From: Promethearchaeota archaeon
Lineage (GTDB): Archaea; Asgardarchaeota; Lokiarchaeia; Sigyniarchaeales; SOKP01
Direction: 5' to 3'
Length of the DNA: 64,000 nucleotides
Assembly: GCA_016839765.1 (NCBI GenBank)
Contig: JAEOTP010000016.1
Coordinates: 134,785 to 198,784 of the forward strand
The notes under the pieces are model-generated. The model searched no databases. It saw only the letters and a list, made by a program, of their open reading frames with translations, and was not told where the DNA came from. Shown piece by piece: positions 20,582-31,033 of the stretch. Within the stretch, counting starts at the first letter, position 1, and each line of letters starts with the position of its first letter. Made by a program: the position numbers and the translations under genes.

Positions 20582-21253
20582 TTATATAAAAGTTATATCT
20601 TGATAATCTGTATCAGTCAATTCTTTTTTAGCTACCCCTAAATCCCGAACTTGTTGATTTAGTTTCATAACAGCATCTCTAACAATCTCCTTCTTTTTTG
20701 CACCAGTACAAACAATTCTACCCGTAGAAAAAATCAAAAATACCGTTTTAGGTTCTTGCATACGATAAATTAGACCAGGAAAAACTTCTGGTTCATACAT
20801 AGCATATTCCATAACGATAGCAGCCATGTTTAAATCTATATTTGTATGTAAGTCACCACTTGCTACAATATTTTGAATTGTTATTTCTGGGTTTGCCACT
20901 TTAATTCCTGCTTTTCTTATATTTTTAACTACTTTATCTACCACGCGTTCTGCTTCTGATGCTCTACGTAATCCGGTTACCACCATTTTCCCAGTTGAAA
21001 ATATTAAAATTGTCGCTCGAGGTTTTTCTATTCTCATCACTAATCCAGGAAATCGCTCAGGATTGTATTCAACTTCGGCATGTTTCCGTGCAATTTGATT
21101 AAGGTCTATTTTTTCTGTAATTTCTACAACAACAGTAGCTACAACATTTTCAATTTTGTAGTCTAAATCGCTCTCATAATCAAATTCTTCTTCTTCCTCC
21201 GCCTTATCCTCTTCTTCCTCCTCTTCCTCAAAATCGTTTTCTTCTTCTGACAT
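20582..21253 (-). CDS. tbp: TATA-box-binding protein
   Basis: Two TBP repeats (YNPERFPGL / YEPEVFPGL; LIFSTGK / LIFSTGR); acidic N-terminal extension. Confidence 0.98.
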   Translation of the reverse strand: MSEEENDFEEEEEEEDKAEEEEEFDYESDLDYKIENVVATVVVEITEKIDLNQIARKHAEVEYNPERFPGLVMRIEKPRATILIFSTGKMVVTGLRRASEAERVVDKVVKNIRKAGIKVANPEITIQNIVASGDLHTNIDLNMAAIVMEYAMYEPEVFPGLIYRMQEPKTVFLIFSTGRIVCTGAKKKEIVRDAVMKLNQQVRDLGVAKKELTDTDYQDITFI

Positions 21254-21447
21254 TATTCATCATAAAGTTAAATCTGATTGAAATAAAATGAAAAAATTAA
21301 ATTAGGTAAAAATGGTATTTTTTTTTATATTTTTATTTAAATAAATTATCATTTATAAAGGCATTTATAAATAACTATTTATACAAAATTATTTTACGAA
21401 ATTCAGTATGAAGATTTAAAAATAATTTAAAAACATGTTATGAGATA

Positions 21448-21978
21448 TTATATATTTAGATTTTTATCTAATATCTTCTTTGTGATTCTTATAAACGCTT
21501 GTTCTACATTTGAACCCGTTTTAGCAGAGGTAGATATAAATTCCATGTTATACTTTTTAGCAAAATCAATTCCTTCTTTATCTTGAACTTTAATTTTATC
21601 ATTTAAATCATTTTTATTTCCTATTAAAACCAAAGGCTCATTTCCTCTGGCTTGTTTAAAATCTTGGATCCAATCATCAAGTTTGTCTAAAGTTTTTTTC
21701 TTTGTACAATCATAGACTAACATACCAGCATTTGCACCCTCCAAATAGAGCTTTCTAAGAGATTTAAACGATTCTTGTCCTCCTAAATCCCAAATTTGAG
21801 CGGATACTTCCCCATATTCTTTAATATTCATCTCTTTTTTTAATAAATTTACTCCCAAAGTGCTTTTATAATTTTCTCTAAATTTATCTTCTATAAATCT
21901 ATACACCAAAGAAGTTTTTCCAACATTTGCTTCACCAAGCAAAACGATTTTAATGATATAGTGACCATTTGAATCCAA
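21448..21978 (-). CDS. Rab/Ras-like small GTPase
   Basis: GEANVGKTS, WDLGGQ, NKND, TSAK; TTG start with AAGGAGGT SD. Confidence 0.95.
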   Translation of the reverse strand: MDSNGHYIIKIVLLGEANVGKTSLVYRFIEDKFRENYKSTLGVNLLKKEMNIKEYGEVSAQIWDLGGQESFKSLRKLYLEGANAGMLVYDCTKKKTLDKLDDWIQDFKQARGNEPLVLIGNKNDLNDKIKVQDKEGIDFAKKYNMEFISTSAKTGSNVEQAFIRITKKILDKNLNI

Positions 21979-22150
21979 TTCTGATTAACCTCCTTAAATT
22001 CATTTAATTATAACTCTCTATTATTTTTATAAAAATCATTAACTTACAATATTTCTTGATATTTTCATAATAAAATTTATCCTTATTAATAATTTTCTTC
22101 TTGGCTTCAATAAAATAAATCCAAGAAAACTTTAACCTGAAAAAAGCTGA

Positions 22151-22504
22151 TTAAAATAAGAGATTTTTTGTATCTACTTTATTATAGATTGCGGTAATAG
22201 AATTAATATACTCCTCATAAAGATTTTTTATCATCTGAAAACTTTTAGCTTTATTATAAGCAAAAAGAAATAATTGATTCAAACTATAATTATGATTGGA
22301 TTGATAAATATCTTTGGTTAAACCAAATAAAGCACTATTTTGATCAATAAAATTACATAAAATATATCTGTTCTCAGTTGTTAAGTTTAGTTCATTTAAA
22401 AGGCCATACATTTTTAAAACTAATGGTCCTTGAAATTTAATTCTCGTGGTTTTAAGTAATTGAAAAAGTTCAAAAAATTTGTTTCTCTTCAATACCGACG
22501 ACAT
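22151..22504 (-). CDS. Hypothetical protein
   Basis: 117-aa ORF filling the gap on the locally coding strand; no motif. Confidence 0.6.
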   Translation of the reverse strand: MSSVLKRNKFFELFQLLKTTRIKFQGPLVLKMYGLLNELNLTTENRYILCNFIDQNSALFGLTKDIYQSNHNYSLNQLFLFAYNKAKSFQMIKNLYEEYINSITAIYNKVDTKNLLF

Positions 22505-22545
22505 AAATAATTAGTTAGAATTATAATATATTTTCCACAGTAATA

Positions 22546-22562
22546 TCTACGTAATACGTAGA
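22546..22562. promoter_or_regulatory. Perfect palindrome TCTACGTA-A-TACGTAGA, candidate operator
   Basis: 8-bp arms with a 1-nt spacer, about 42 bp upstream of the 22504 start. Confidence 0.55.
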
Positions 22563-22644
22563 AAGTAATTCATTATTTTGGGTATGTGAAAATTAAAATT
22601 ACTAAAATAGTATTATTCAAATTTTCAGGAAATTGAAAAGGCAT

Positions 22645-22917
22645 TTAAAAGGCATAGTCAAAACCTTTAAATTTATTTTTGGGTTGGCTAAACTCATACT
22701 CAACTTTTTCTACATCTGCATATTTTGGGCCCTTCTTTGAGAACTCTAACAATTCATACAATTTATCCTGAGGGCCTTCTGCTTCTATATAAACAGTTCC
22801 ATCAGGCATATTTTTAACAAAACCAGTTAGTCCTAATTTTCTCGCAAATTTTCGTGTAGTATAGCGAAAAAAAACTCCTTGTACTAACCCGTATACTTTT
22901 ATAGTAAGATTTTTCAT
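22645..22917 (-). CDS. acyP: Acylphosphatase
   Basis: GLVQGVFFR, GFVKNMPDGTV. Confidence 0.95.
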   Translation of the reverse strand: MKNLTIKVYGLVQGVFFRYTTRKFARKLGLTGFVKNMPDGTVYIEAEGPQDKLYELLEFSKKGPKYADVEKVEYEFSQPKNKFKGFDYAF

Positions 22918-22939
22918 AAAAAATAAGCTTCAAGAATAT

Positions 22940-24073
22940 TTATTTTTTAACCAGATTTTTCATTACTTGAATATTTTCATCTAAATCTTGCCTTGTAATG
23001 TTTGGATGAATATCTAAAGCAAAAATTTCCCTAGTCACCTTCTCTACATTCGGTAAAGAAATTTTGTTATAATCAATCTCCTTTCCGTAAAATGGACAAG
23101 ACCAAGGACATCCTTTTGGATAAGCTATTTTTTTTCGAAAGAGCTTAGTCTTGTACAATGGTTTAGGATATAGAACTTTGCTCTTAGGAAATTGTTCAAT
23201 AAATTGTGATTTATTTAAACCCATAATTTCAGGGTCAATTCGCCCTATCCAATAATTGAAGGCAGGTTCACAATATTCAGGTATATAAGGAGGAATAATT
23301 CCATTGATTTCACTGACAGCATCAGATAGATATTGCGCATTTTTATTTCTTACTTCAATAAATTTATCAATTCTTTTTAGCTGCACTTTCCCAATTGCAC
23401 CTTGGATTTCAGTCATTCTATAATTATAACCCAACCGATTGTATACATACCATGAGGGTTCTCCATGGTGTCGTAATAATCGACACTGTTCGGCTAATTC
23501 ATCATCATTAGTAGTAATCATCCCTCCTTCTCCAGTCGTTATATTTTTAGATGGATAAAAACTAAAGCATCCAATATCCCCTAATGAACCAACCTTTTTA
23601 CCTCTAAATTTTGAACCAATTGATTGGCAAGCATCTTCAATAATGTATAAATTATAATCATTGGCTAGATCTTTTAATTCACTCATATCAGCTACCATTC
23701 CAGCAAGATGAACAGGTATTAAGGCTTTTGTTTTATCAGAAATTTTTTGTTTAACTGATTTAGGATCTAAAGTGTAAGTCTTATTATCTATATCTGCAAA
23801 AACTGGTATAGCATTATTATGTAAGATTGAGCTAGCGGTTGCTATAAAGGTAAATGGAGGAACTATTACTTCATCCCCAGGTCCAATATTTAGAGCAGCT
23901 ATAGCAATATGTAAGGCTGCTGTACCAGTATTAATTCCAATAGCATGTTTAACACCTATATATTTAGCATAATCTTTTTCAAAGGATTTTACAGCTTCAC
24001 CATGAAGTAAGGTCAACATTTGGGATTCCATTACTTTAATTACTGCTTTTTGTTCTTCCTCTGCTAAGTTCAT
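22940..24073 (-). CDS. DegT/DnrJ/EryC1/StrS PLP-dependent sugar aminotransferase
   Basis: GTAALH, IEDACQS, FSFYPSKNITTGEGG, GYNYRM. Confidence 0.95.
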   Translation of the reverse strand: MNLAEEEQKAVIKVMESQMLTLLHGEAVKSFEKDYAKYIGVKHAIGINTGTAALHIAIAALNIGPGDEVIVPPFTFIATASSILHNNAIPVFADIDNKTYTLDPKSVKQKISDKTKALIPVHLAGMVADMSELKDLANDYNLYIIEDACQSIGSKFRGKKVGSLGDIGCFSFYPSKNITTGEGGMITTNDDELAEQCRLLRHHGEPSWYVYNRLGYNYRMTEIQGAIGKVQLKRIDKFIEVRNKNAQYLSDAVSEINGIIPPYIPEYCEPAFNYWIGRIDPEIMGLNKSQFIEQFPKSKVLYPKPLYKTKLFRKKIAYPKGCPWSCPFYGKEIDYNKISLPNVEKVTREIFALDIHPNITRQDLDENIQVMKNLVKK

Positions 24074-24175
24074 AATTTCATCAAATTTGATCTGAATTAA
24101 ATTTTCTAATTTTAATAAAAAAAATTGTAGCCCTCTTAAGAATCTGATTATTTAAGAAAAGGAGATTTGAAATAT

Positions 24176-24814
24176 TTAGAAAATTAAATAATATGTATCA
24201 TTTATAGTATTATAACCAATGATTTCATTCTTAACTAAAGTTTCGATAACACTAGTTAACCATCTTTTACTAGTTTTTATTGATTTTTTAAGCTCTTGAA
24301 AACTTAACTCGTCATTAATAGCTAATAAAAATTGAATCTTGCTTTTTACTTTTAGATGATTAGAGGTTGCTATTTTTTCAAACTTTTTTTGTAAATCATA
24401 CTCTTTTGTTTTTAAATTCGCAACTTCATTACTTAATTTTCCTATAACCTCATCTCTGGTCCTAAAAACATTTAATACTTTTTCTAAAAACATCCGCTCT
24501 ATATGTTCTTTTAATTCTTCCTCACTTAATTCAAATTCTAAGGTTTTTTTAAAATCATCCAAAATGCCAATATAATCTTGGCTTTCATCGTATTTGTCTA
24601 AGACTAATACGAATATTATATCTTTTTCTTCATTATAATAAGAAATAGAATTCCAATTTTTTTCTTCAATTGTTATATGAGATTCTACGAAGTTGTGGGA
24701 AATTTGAATCTGTTGTACAATATTATCTGGGATATCTACATCATCAGGGTATTTCATATAAATAACTCCTCCAGTAATTTCATCCCATTTAATCAAACAA
24801 ATACCTAAAGGAAT
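24176..24814 (-). CDS. uDENN/longin-like + coiled-coil + winged-helix protein (start probably ATT 24814, alternatively TTG 24796)
   Basis: (I)PLGICLIKWDEITGGVIYMKYP N-terminus; heptad-rich middle; C-terminal wHTH-like LSFQELKKSIKTSKRWLTSVIETLVKNEIIGY; GGTGAGG SD at 24819-24825. Confidence 0.65.
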   Translation of the reverse strand: MPLGICLIKWDEITGGVIYMKYPDDVDIPDNIVQQIQISHNFVESHITIEEKNWNSISYYNEEKDIIFVLVLDKYDESQDYIGILDDFKKTLEFELSEEELKEHIERMFLEKVLNVFRTRDEVIGKLSNEVANLKTKEYDLQKKFEKIATSNHLKVKSKIQFLLAINDELSFQELKKSIKTSKRWLTSVIETLVKNEIIGYNTINDTYYLIF

Positions 24815-25017
24815 AGAACCTCACCAAATAAAACCTAATTCCTACTTTTAAATTATAAAAGTTTTTATTAATAAATTTAATTTGAAAATACTAATTTTTC
24901 AGTATGCATAACAATGAATATATCTTAGAAGTATGCTAAATTTGTGTGAGTGACAAGTATTAAATTGACTTAAAAAATAAATAATACAAAAATTATTCTA
25001 TAAATAGTGAATCTGAC

Positions 25018-25293
25018 ATGGCTGTTTTTTATGTTTATATATTAGAAACAATTTCTAAAAATAATAGGAAAAGATTTTATACGGGCTACACCAATAACTT
25101 AGAAAGAAGACTTAAAGAACATAAGAAAGGAACTGGCGCTAAATTTTGTCGGGGAAAAAAAGTAATTAGCCTTAAATATGTTGAATCATTCACAGAAAGA
25201 AGAAATGCTATGAGAAGGGAATTAGAAATTAAATCTCTTCCGAGAAGAGAAAAAATTGAACTTATAAAAAACTTTTATCAAATTGAAAGTTGA
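25018..25293 (+). CDS. Small GIY-YIG nuclease (UPF0213/YhbQ-like)
   Basis: FYVYIL...FYTGYTNNLERRLKEH..G.GAKF...AMRRELEIK. Confidence 0.92.
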   Translation: MAVFYVYILETISKNNRKRFYTGYTNNLERRLKEHKKGTGAKFCRGKKVISLKYVESFTERRNAMRRELEIKSLPRREKIELIKNFYQIES

Positions 25294-26087
25294 TTAAGAA
25301 TAATTTTTTACTAATATTAGTAGGTTTACCTTCATCTGGTAAAACCACAATTGCTAAAATTTTAAAAAATTTAATTAAAAAAAAATATAAAAATTTTCAG
25401 GTAAAAATTGTGGATCCAGATAATATAAGGAATTCTATTTCTCCAAACAAATTTAACCACCAAAAAGAACAATTGGTTAGAGAAAAAAGCTTAAATGACA
25501 TCAGAACTGGATTAGTTCAAGGTTTTATAGTAATTAGCGATGATTTAAACTATTACACTAGTATGCGTCATGACTTAAAGCAAATTGCTGAAGAAAAGAA
25601 TTTAAAGTATTTTATTATACATATTGCTACACCTCTACAAATATGTATTGAATGGAATAAAGAGAGAGGTGAACCTATTCCACAAGAAGTGATTTATAAA
25701 ATTAATGAAAAGTTTGATTCGTTCAATAATTATAATTGGGATAATCCCATTCAGACAATTGATCCTTCCAAGTTTGATGATTTAGAAGATACTATAGGTA
25801 AAGTAATAAACGTTATTGAAAGGAATTTGAGAATAATCCCCCTAGATTCGTATCACAGGAGAGAAAAAACAGATAAAGAGCAATACCATGAAATATTAGA
25901 TAGAATTACGAGAAATGTTATAAGAAACATCATTAAAAATGATAATTACCATCCTTTTATAAAAAAAATTTCGAATATGCGAAAAGAATTTATCAAAAAA
26001 AATCTAAAGAAAGTAATGACAGAAACCCAGATCTCAGAAAATTTCCTAAAATTCATAAAAAGATATTTAAATACTGAATTTTCTTAA
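25290..26087 (+). CDS. pstK: L-seryl-tRNA(Sec) kinase (PSTK/KTI12 family)
   Basis: GLPSSGKT, D.IR, DDLNYYTSMRHDL, N.ERGEPIP.EVI, Y.WD.P match archaeal PSTK; 4-nt overlap (TTGA) with the upstream gene. Confidence 0.85.
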   Translation: MIKNNFLLILVGLPSSGKTTIAKILKNLIKKKYKNFQVKIVDPDNIRNSISPNKFNHQKEQLVREKSLNDIRTGLVQGFIVISDDLNYYTSMRHDLKQIAEEKNLKYFIIHIATPLQICIEWNKERGEPIPQEVIYKINEKFDSFNNYNWDNPIQTIDPSKFDDLEDTIGKVINVIERNLRIIPLDSYHRREKTDKEQYHEILDRITRNVIRNIIKNDNYHPFIKKISNMRKEFIKKNLKKVMTETQISENFLKFIKRYLNTEFS

Positions 26088-26179
26088 TTTCTTTGTAATA
26101 TAACAATTATAAATAATAAAGATAAAGAAAATAAATTTTCATTTCTTATATAAATATAAAAAAGTTTTAAGTTTTTAAA

Positions 26180-28459
26180 ATGTCGACAAACAAAACCGAA
26201 ATAAAAGAAGCTAAATTAAGAATTGAAGAATTAGATAAAAGTAGAAGTGGTCGTTCATTATGTTATATAGATCAAAATATTCTTGAACAATTAGGTTTAA
26301 CCACTGGGAATATAATTGAAATAAGAGGGAAGAAAAAAACCACAGGAATAGTTGTATCCAGCATCAATGATAAAGGAAAGGGAATAATAAGATTAGATGG
26401 GCTCCAGAGATTAAATGCTGGAGCAACCATTGGTGAATATGTTACCATTAGGTTAGCACGAGTATTTCCTGCTCGGGAAATTGTTTTAACTCCTACAAAA
26501 GAAAATATTGACCTTAAAAGACAAGCTGATGCTATTAAAGCAAAATTGATTGATAAACCGGTAGTTATTGGTGATATCGTTGATGTTTTGGGAGCTGTAT
26601 ATCAAAAAAGTGATCCAGGCAATCCTATGAATGAGATTATGAGTATGTTCATGAAAAGTCAGAAAAAAAGACCAACGTTGGGAATATTAAGATTAATTGT
26701 TGAAAACACGGCCCCATCTGATAAAATAGTGAAAATAACCCGTGATACGTTAATTAAAGTTAATAAAAGAGTTGCTGTTCTAAATGTTTCGGGTGGAGTA
26801 GTTACTTATGATGATGTTGGAGGATTAATAGATGAAATTCAACGAATAAGGGAAATGGTCGAATTGCCTTTAAAACATCCTGAATTATTTCATAGGTTAA
26901 ATATAGATCCTCCTAAAGGAGTCCTATTTTATGGACCTTCTGGTACTGGTAAGACTTTAATGGCTAAAGCTGTTTCTCAAGAATCAAATGCGCATTTTAT
27001 CACAATAAATGGTCCTGAAATAATGAGTAAGTTTTATGGAGCAAGTGAAGGACGACTTCGAGAAATATTTCGAGACGCAGAAGAAAATGCTCCTTCCATA
27101 ATCTTTATAGACGAAATTGATTCTATTGCTCCAAAAAGAGTAGAAACTTCTGGAGAGGTTGAAAGAAGAGTTGTTTCCCAACTACTTTCCTTGTTGGATG
27201 GTCTCAGAGGAAGAGGGAAAATTATTTGTATAGGTGCCACAAATCGAATAAATGCAATTGATGAAGCTTTAAGACGACCAGGACGGTTTGATCGAGAAAT
27301 TGAGTTTGGTGTTCCAAATATGAAAGGCCGTAAAGAAATCTTTCAAATTCATACGAGAGGGATGCCAATTGAAGATGATGTTGATTTAAATGATTATGCT
27401 GATATTACTTATGGTTTTGTAGGCGCAGATATTATGGCAGTATGTCGAGAAGCTGCAATGTTTGCCTTAAGAAAAATTTTACCACAAATAAATTTGGACG
27501 AGCCTATACCAAGCAGAATTATACAAGAGTTGAAAATAAATAATGAAGATTTTATGCAAGCAATAAATATGATTGAACCTTCTGCTATGAGAGAAGTAAT
27601 GGTTGAAATTCCAAATGTAAATTGGGATGATGTTGGTGGATTAGATGGTGTAAAACAAGAGTTAAAAGAGGCTGTTGAATGGCCATTAAAATACCCTAAG
27701 CTATTCGAAAGAGCAGGAATTCGCCCATTAAATGGTATCCTTATATTTGGACCACCGGGATGTGGCAAAACACTCCTAGCAAAAGCAATAGCAACTGAAA
27801 GTAGATCGAATTTCATATCTATTAAAGGACCTGAAATTTTCTCAAAATGGGTTGGAGAAAGTGAAAAAACTGTTAGAGAGATATTTCGAAAAGCTCGTCA
27901 ATCAGCACCATCAATTATTTATTTCGATGAAATAGATGCTGTATCTTCCGGTAGGGGAGAATATGCGGGTACTCAAGTATACGCATCAATTGTTAATCAA
28001 ATTCTAGTTGAAATGGATGGAATTGAGAACCGTCAAGGAATTGTAACAATTGCTAGTACAAACCGTCCAGATATTGTTGATCCTGCATTTTTAAGACCTG
28101 GAAGATTTGATAGATTAATTTACGTAGAAGCTCCAGATTTTGAGTCTAGGATAAAGATTTTAGAAGTACATAGCAAAAATATGCCATTAGCAGAAGATAT
28201 ATCTTTAAAGCATATTGCTCAAATCACGGAAGGTTATAGTGGTGCAGATTTAGAAAATGTATGCCGTGAGGCGGGAATGCAGGCTATTAGAGAAAAGATG
28301 GAAGATATTGATACAATAGAAAATAAGCACTTTGAATTCGCTTTAAATAAAATCAAGTCCACCTTGCCTGGTGAAATCATACAGCGTTATGAATCTATGG
28401 CAAAGGAAATTACAGAATCCCGTAATATAAAAGAATCACAGGCAGATTTCTATAAGTAA
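26180..28459 (+). CDS. cdc48: CDC48/VCP-family AAA+ ATPase
   Basis: N domain; two AAA modules ([12 protein letters not shown]; [12 protein letters not shown]); RPGRFDR twice; C-terminal FYK (HbYX). Confidence 0.97.
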   Translation: MSTNKTEIKEAKLRIEELDKSRSGRSLCYIDQNILEQLGLTTGNIIEIRGKKKTTGIVVSSINDKGKGIIRLDGLQRLNAGATIGEYVTIRLARVFPAREIVLTPTKENIDLKRQADAIKAKLIDKPVVIGDIVDVLGAVYQKSDPGNPMNEIMSMFMKSQKKRPTLGILRLIVENTAPSDKIVKITRDTLIKVNKRVAVLNVSGGVVTYDDVGGLIDEIQRIREMVELPLKHPELFHRLNIDPPKGVLFYGPSGTGKTLMAKAVSQESNAHFITINGPEIMSKFYGASEGRLREIFRDAEENAPSIIFIDEIDSIAPKRVETSGEVERRVVSQLLSLLDGLRGRGKIICIGATNRINAIDEALRRPGRFDREIEFGVPNMKGRKEIFQIHTRGMPIEDDVDLNDYADITYGFVGADIMAVCREAAMFALRKILPQINLDEPIPSRIIQELKINNEDFMQAINMIEPSAMREVMVEIPNVNWDDVGGLDGVKQELKEAVEWPLKYPKLFERAGIRPLNGILIFGPPGCGKTLLAKAIATESRSNFISIKGPEIFSKWVGESEKTVREIFRKARQSAPSIIYFDEIDAVSSGRGEYAGTQVYASIVNQILVEMDGIENRQGIVTIASTNRPDIVDPAFLRPGRFDRLIYVEAPDFESRIKILEVHSKNMPLAEDISLKHIAQITEGYSGADLENVCREAGMQAIREKMEDIDTIENKHFEFALNKIKSTLPGEIIQRYESMAKEITESRNIKESQADFYK

Positions 28460-28585
28460 TTTTTTAGTTGCAATTTATCCCCTTTTAACTTTTTTTAATC
28501 ATTAATTTTTGAAGTTTTAAAATTTAAAAAGTATATATACTGCCGTGAGAAATATTTAAATTAAATTTTAAAAATAGAGATAAAA

Positions 28586-29788
28586 ATGAATGAGATACAA
28601 ATAAATTGGAACGGGCATGTAAAAAAATATCAAGCAGCAATGGAAGAGCTTAATTTAGATTTCTGTTTTCTTACTCGAGTTAAATCAATAACTTATCTTG
28701 CTGGATGTTTTGTTCCTTGGAAAAGTTTTATTTTCCTCCCAAAAGAAGGAATGGGGGAACCAGAATTACTTACTGTACTCTTAGACGTGGAAAGAATAAG
28801 GGCAGAGAGTCATTTAAAAAATATTAGCGGGTGGGGTCCTATGAAAGGGTTTTATTGGGAGAAAAAAATTCAATCCGCTGCAAAAAAAGCTGGAGTTTAT
28901 AAAGCTAAGGAAAATCCTCCAAAAATCGGTGTTGAGTTAGGGGTGGATATTTGCGTCACAGGACAAATGTTATCTTATACAGAAGCAGAACTATTAAAAA
29001 AAATGTTTCCAGGATGTAAATTAATAGATTTTAATGATAAGACAGAGAGAATTCAATTTATCAAAGAGCCTGAAGAAATAGAAATGCTTCGAAAAGCAAG
29101 CGAAATAACAGATATTGGACAGGTAGCTGTTAAGGAAGCTTTACAAGATAGAGCTCAAGGGAAGAAATTTACTGAGAATGAAATTGCGGGAATAGGTACT
29201 TTAGCTATGAGAAAAGCAGGGAGTAATTATGAATGGACTTTTACGGGAAATGAGGAGATTGGTTCAGGTTATCGAGCAAGCTGGACTTTTAATGGGTGTA
29301 CACCTGCTACCAACAAGATTGTAGAAGAAGGTGAATCTCTGCTTGTTGATCTCCACAGTGAGTATGGTTGTTATCTTGGCGATTTGAGTCATAATTATGT
29401 TCTTGGAAACTGTCCACCAGAGTTAAAGAAATTCAATGATGTCTACGAGCAATTATGCTATACTTTAATTGATAATATGTATGTGGGTAACACTTTTGAC
29501 AATTGCTACCAAGAAGTTCGAAAAGTGGCTGATAAAGAAGGATATGGAAATGATTTATTTTTTGGACTAGGTCACGGAATAGGGTGTATAGGTAATGAAT
29601 CATGGCCAGTTATAGTCCCTGGTAAAGAATGGGGCCCTTTAATATTTGAAGAAAATATGGTAGAAATTGCTGCTGTAGTATTTAATCACCCTGGTCTAGG
29701 GGGATTGCGTTTAGAATCTCCAACATTAGTAACCAAAAAAGGAGCTGAGATACTTCCTAAAACTCCATTTGAAGTAGATTATGTTTAA
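28586..29788 (+). CDS. M24 family (Xaa-Pro peptidase/creatinase-fold) protein
   Basis: IKEPEEIEMLRKA, VDL...GDL, GHGIG, GLRLE. Confidence 0.85.
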   Translation: MNEIQINWNGHVKKYQAAMEELNLDFCFLTRVKSITYLAGCFVPWKSFIFLPKEGMGEPELLTVLLDVERIRAESHLKNISGWGPMKGFYWEKKIQSAAKKAGVYKAKENPPKIGVELGVDICVTGQMLSYTEAELLKKMFPGCKLIDFNDKTERIQFIKEPEEIEMLRKASEITDIGQVAVKEALQDRAQGKKFTENEIAGIGTLAMRKAGSNYEWTFTGNEEIGSGYRASWTFNGCTPATNKIVEEGESLLVDLHSEYGCYLGDLSHNYVLGNCPPELKKFNDVYEQLCYTLIDNMYVGNTFDNCYQEVRKVADKEGYGNDLFFGLGHGIGCIGNESWPVIVPGKEWGPLIFEENMVEIAAVVFNHPGLGGLRLESPTLVTKKGAEILPKTPFEVDYV

Positions 29789-29799
29789 TTCTTTTTTTA

Positions 29800-30945
29800 T
29801 TATTTAACAAACTTTTCTATCCTATCCATTGCATTTTCTAATTTACTCATCTCTGTCGCGTATGAGATTCTTATTCTGTCATTTGAAAAAGAACCAAATG
29901 TATCTCCAGGAACTATTGCTACACCTTGCTGTTGCATAATCTTTCTAGAGAATTCTGACCCGTTTACGTCGAAATTTTTAACTGAGGGCATAATATAGAA
30001 AGCACCCTTTGGTCTAACTACCTCAAATCCCAGTTCCTTTAATCTATTATATACAAATAATCGCCTTTCATCAAAACTCTTGAGTATATCATTAAAAAAG
30101 CTAAGATCCATTTTCAATGCTTCAATAAATCCATATTGTGCTGGATGATTAGTCCCTGCTACGGTGTATTGATGAAATTTCTCAATTAAATCAATAATTT
30201 CTTTTTTTGCAACAACATAGCCGAGTCGAAAACCCGTGGCTGAGAATAATTTTGACATGGCATTAGTGGTAATAGTTCTTTCAAAAAGTCCATCCAAGGA
30301 TGCAGGGCTAATATGTTTATATCCATCATAAATATAATTCTCGTAAACCTCATCAGTGATGAGATATAAATCATTATTATTTACTATCTCAACAATTTGA
30401 TTTAATTCTTCGGGAGATAACGCATATCCAGTAGGATTATTGGGAGAATTAATTAAAATTGCTTTAGTTTTTGGAGTGATTGATGATATTATTTTTTCAA
30501 TATTGGGACTAAAATCATTATTTCTTTCGATTTCTATTACTTTAACGCTAAAGAAAACTCCTAAATAGAAATAAGAGATAAAATTTGGTGATGATAATAT
30601 TAGCTCATCTCCAGGATTAAAAATTGAGGAAAAGGCAAGGGTAAGAGCTTGTGAACCGCCATTAGTAACCATAATATTTTCCTTCCAATTACAATTAATA
30701 TTGTTTACCCTTCCCATTTTATTCTCAATTAATTGCAATAGTTCAGGAACGCCCCTTGTTGGAGCATAATAGGTAATTTTATTTTTTAATGCTTCTATGT
30801 TTCCGTGAATTGCAGGATCAGGAGTCTTAAAATCTGGTTGACCTATCCCTAAACTTATTACATCCGATCTTCCTGCGGCAAGATCAAATAATTCTCGAAT
30901 CTTTGATTTTGGTGCTTTAGCAACATTACGGGATAATTCTTTCAT
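29800..30945 (-). CDS. Class I/II PLP aminotransferase (aspartate aminotransferase-like)
   Basis: SLGIGQPDF, NSPNNPTG, TDEVY, SKLFSATGFRLGY, RISYA. Confidence 0.95.
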   Translation of the reverse strand: MKELSRNVAKAPKSKIRELFDLAAGRSDVISLGIGQPDFKTPDPAIHGNIEALKNKITYYAPTRGVPELLQLIENKMGRVNNINCNWKENIMVTNGGSQALTLAFSSIFNPGDELILSSPNFISYFYLGVFFSVKVIEIERNNDFSPNIEKIISSITPKTKAILINSPNNPTGYALSPEELNQIVEIVNNNDLYLITDEVYENYIYDGYKHISPASLDGLFERTITTNAMSKLFSATGFRLGYVVAKKEIIDLIEKFHQYTVAGTNHPAQYGFIEALKMDLSFFNDILKSFDERRLFVYNRLKELGFEVVRPKGAFYIMPSVKNFDVNGSEFSRKIMQQQGVAIVPGDTFGSFSNDRIRISYATEMSKLENAMDRIEKFVK

Positions 30946-31033
30946 AATTTACTAACTATTCAGTTCTATTTAAAACATTTGATTTTTAAGCCTCCAAAAA
31001 ATACGAGAGAAAAATTAGAGTATAAACAAGGTA

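Noticed and set aside
25018-25293. GIY-YIG gene as a homing endonuclease or mobile element
   Set aside because: It is the short stand-alone housekeeping type, with no intron, intein or terminal repeats.
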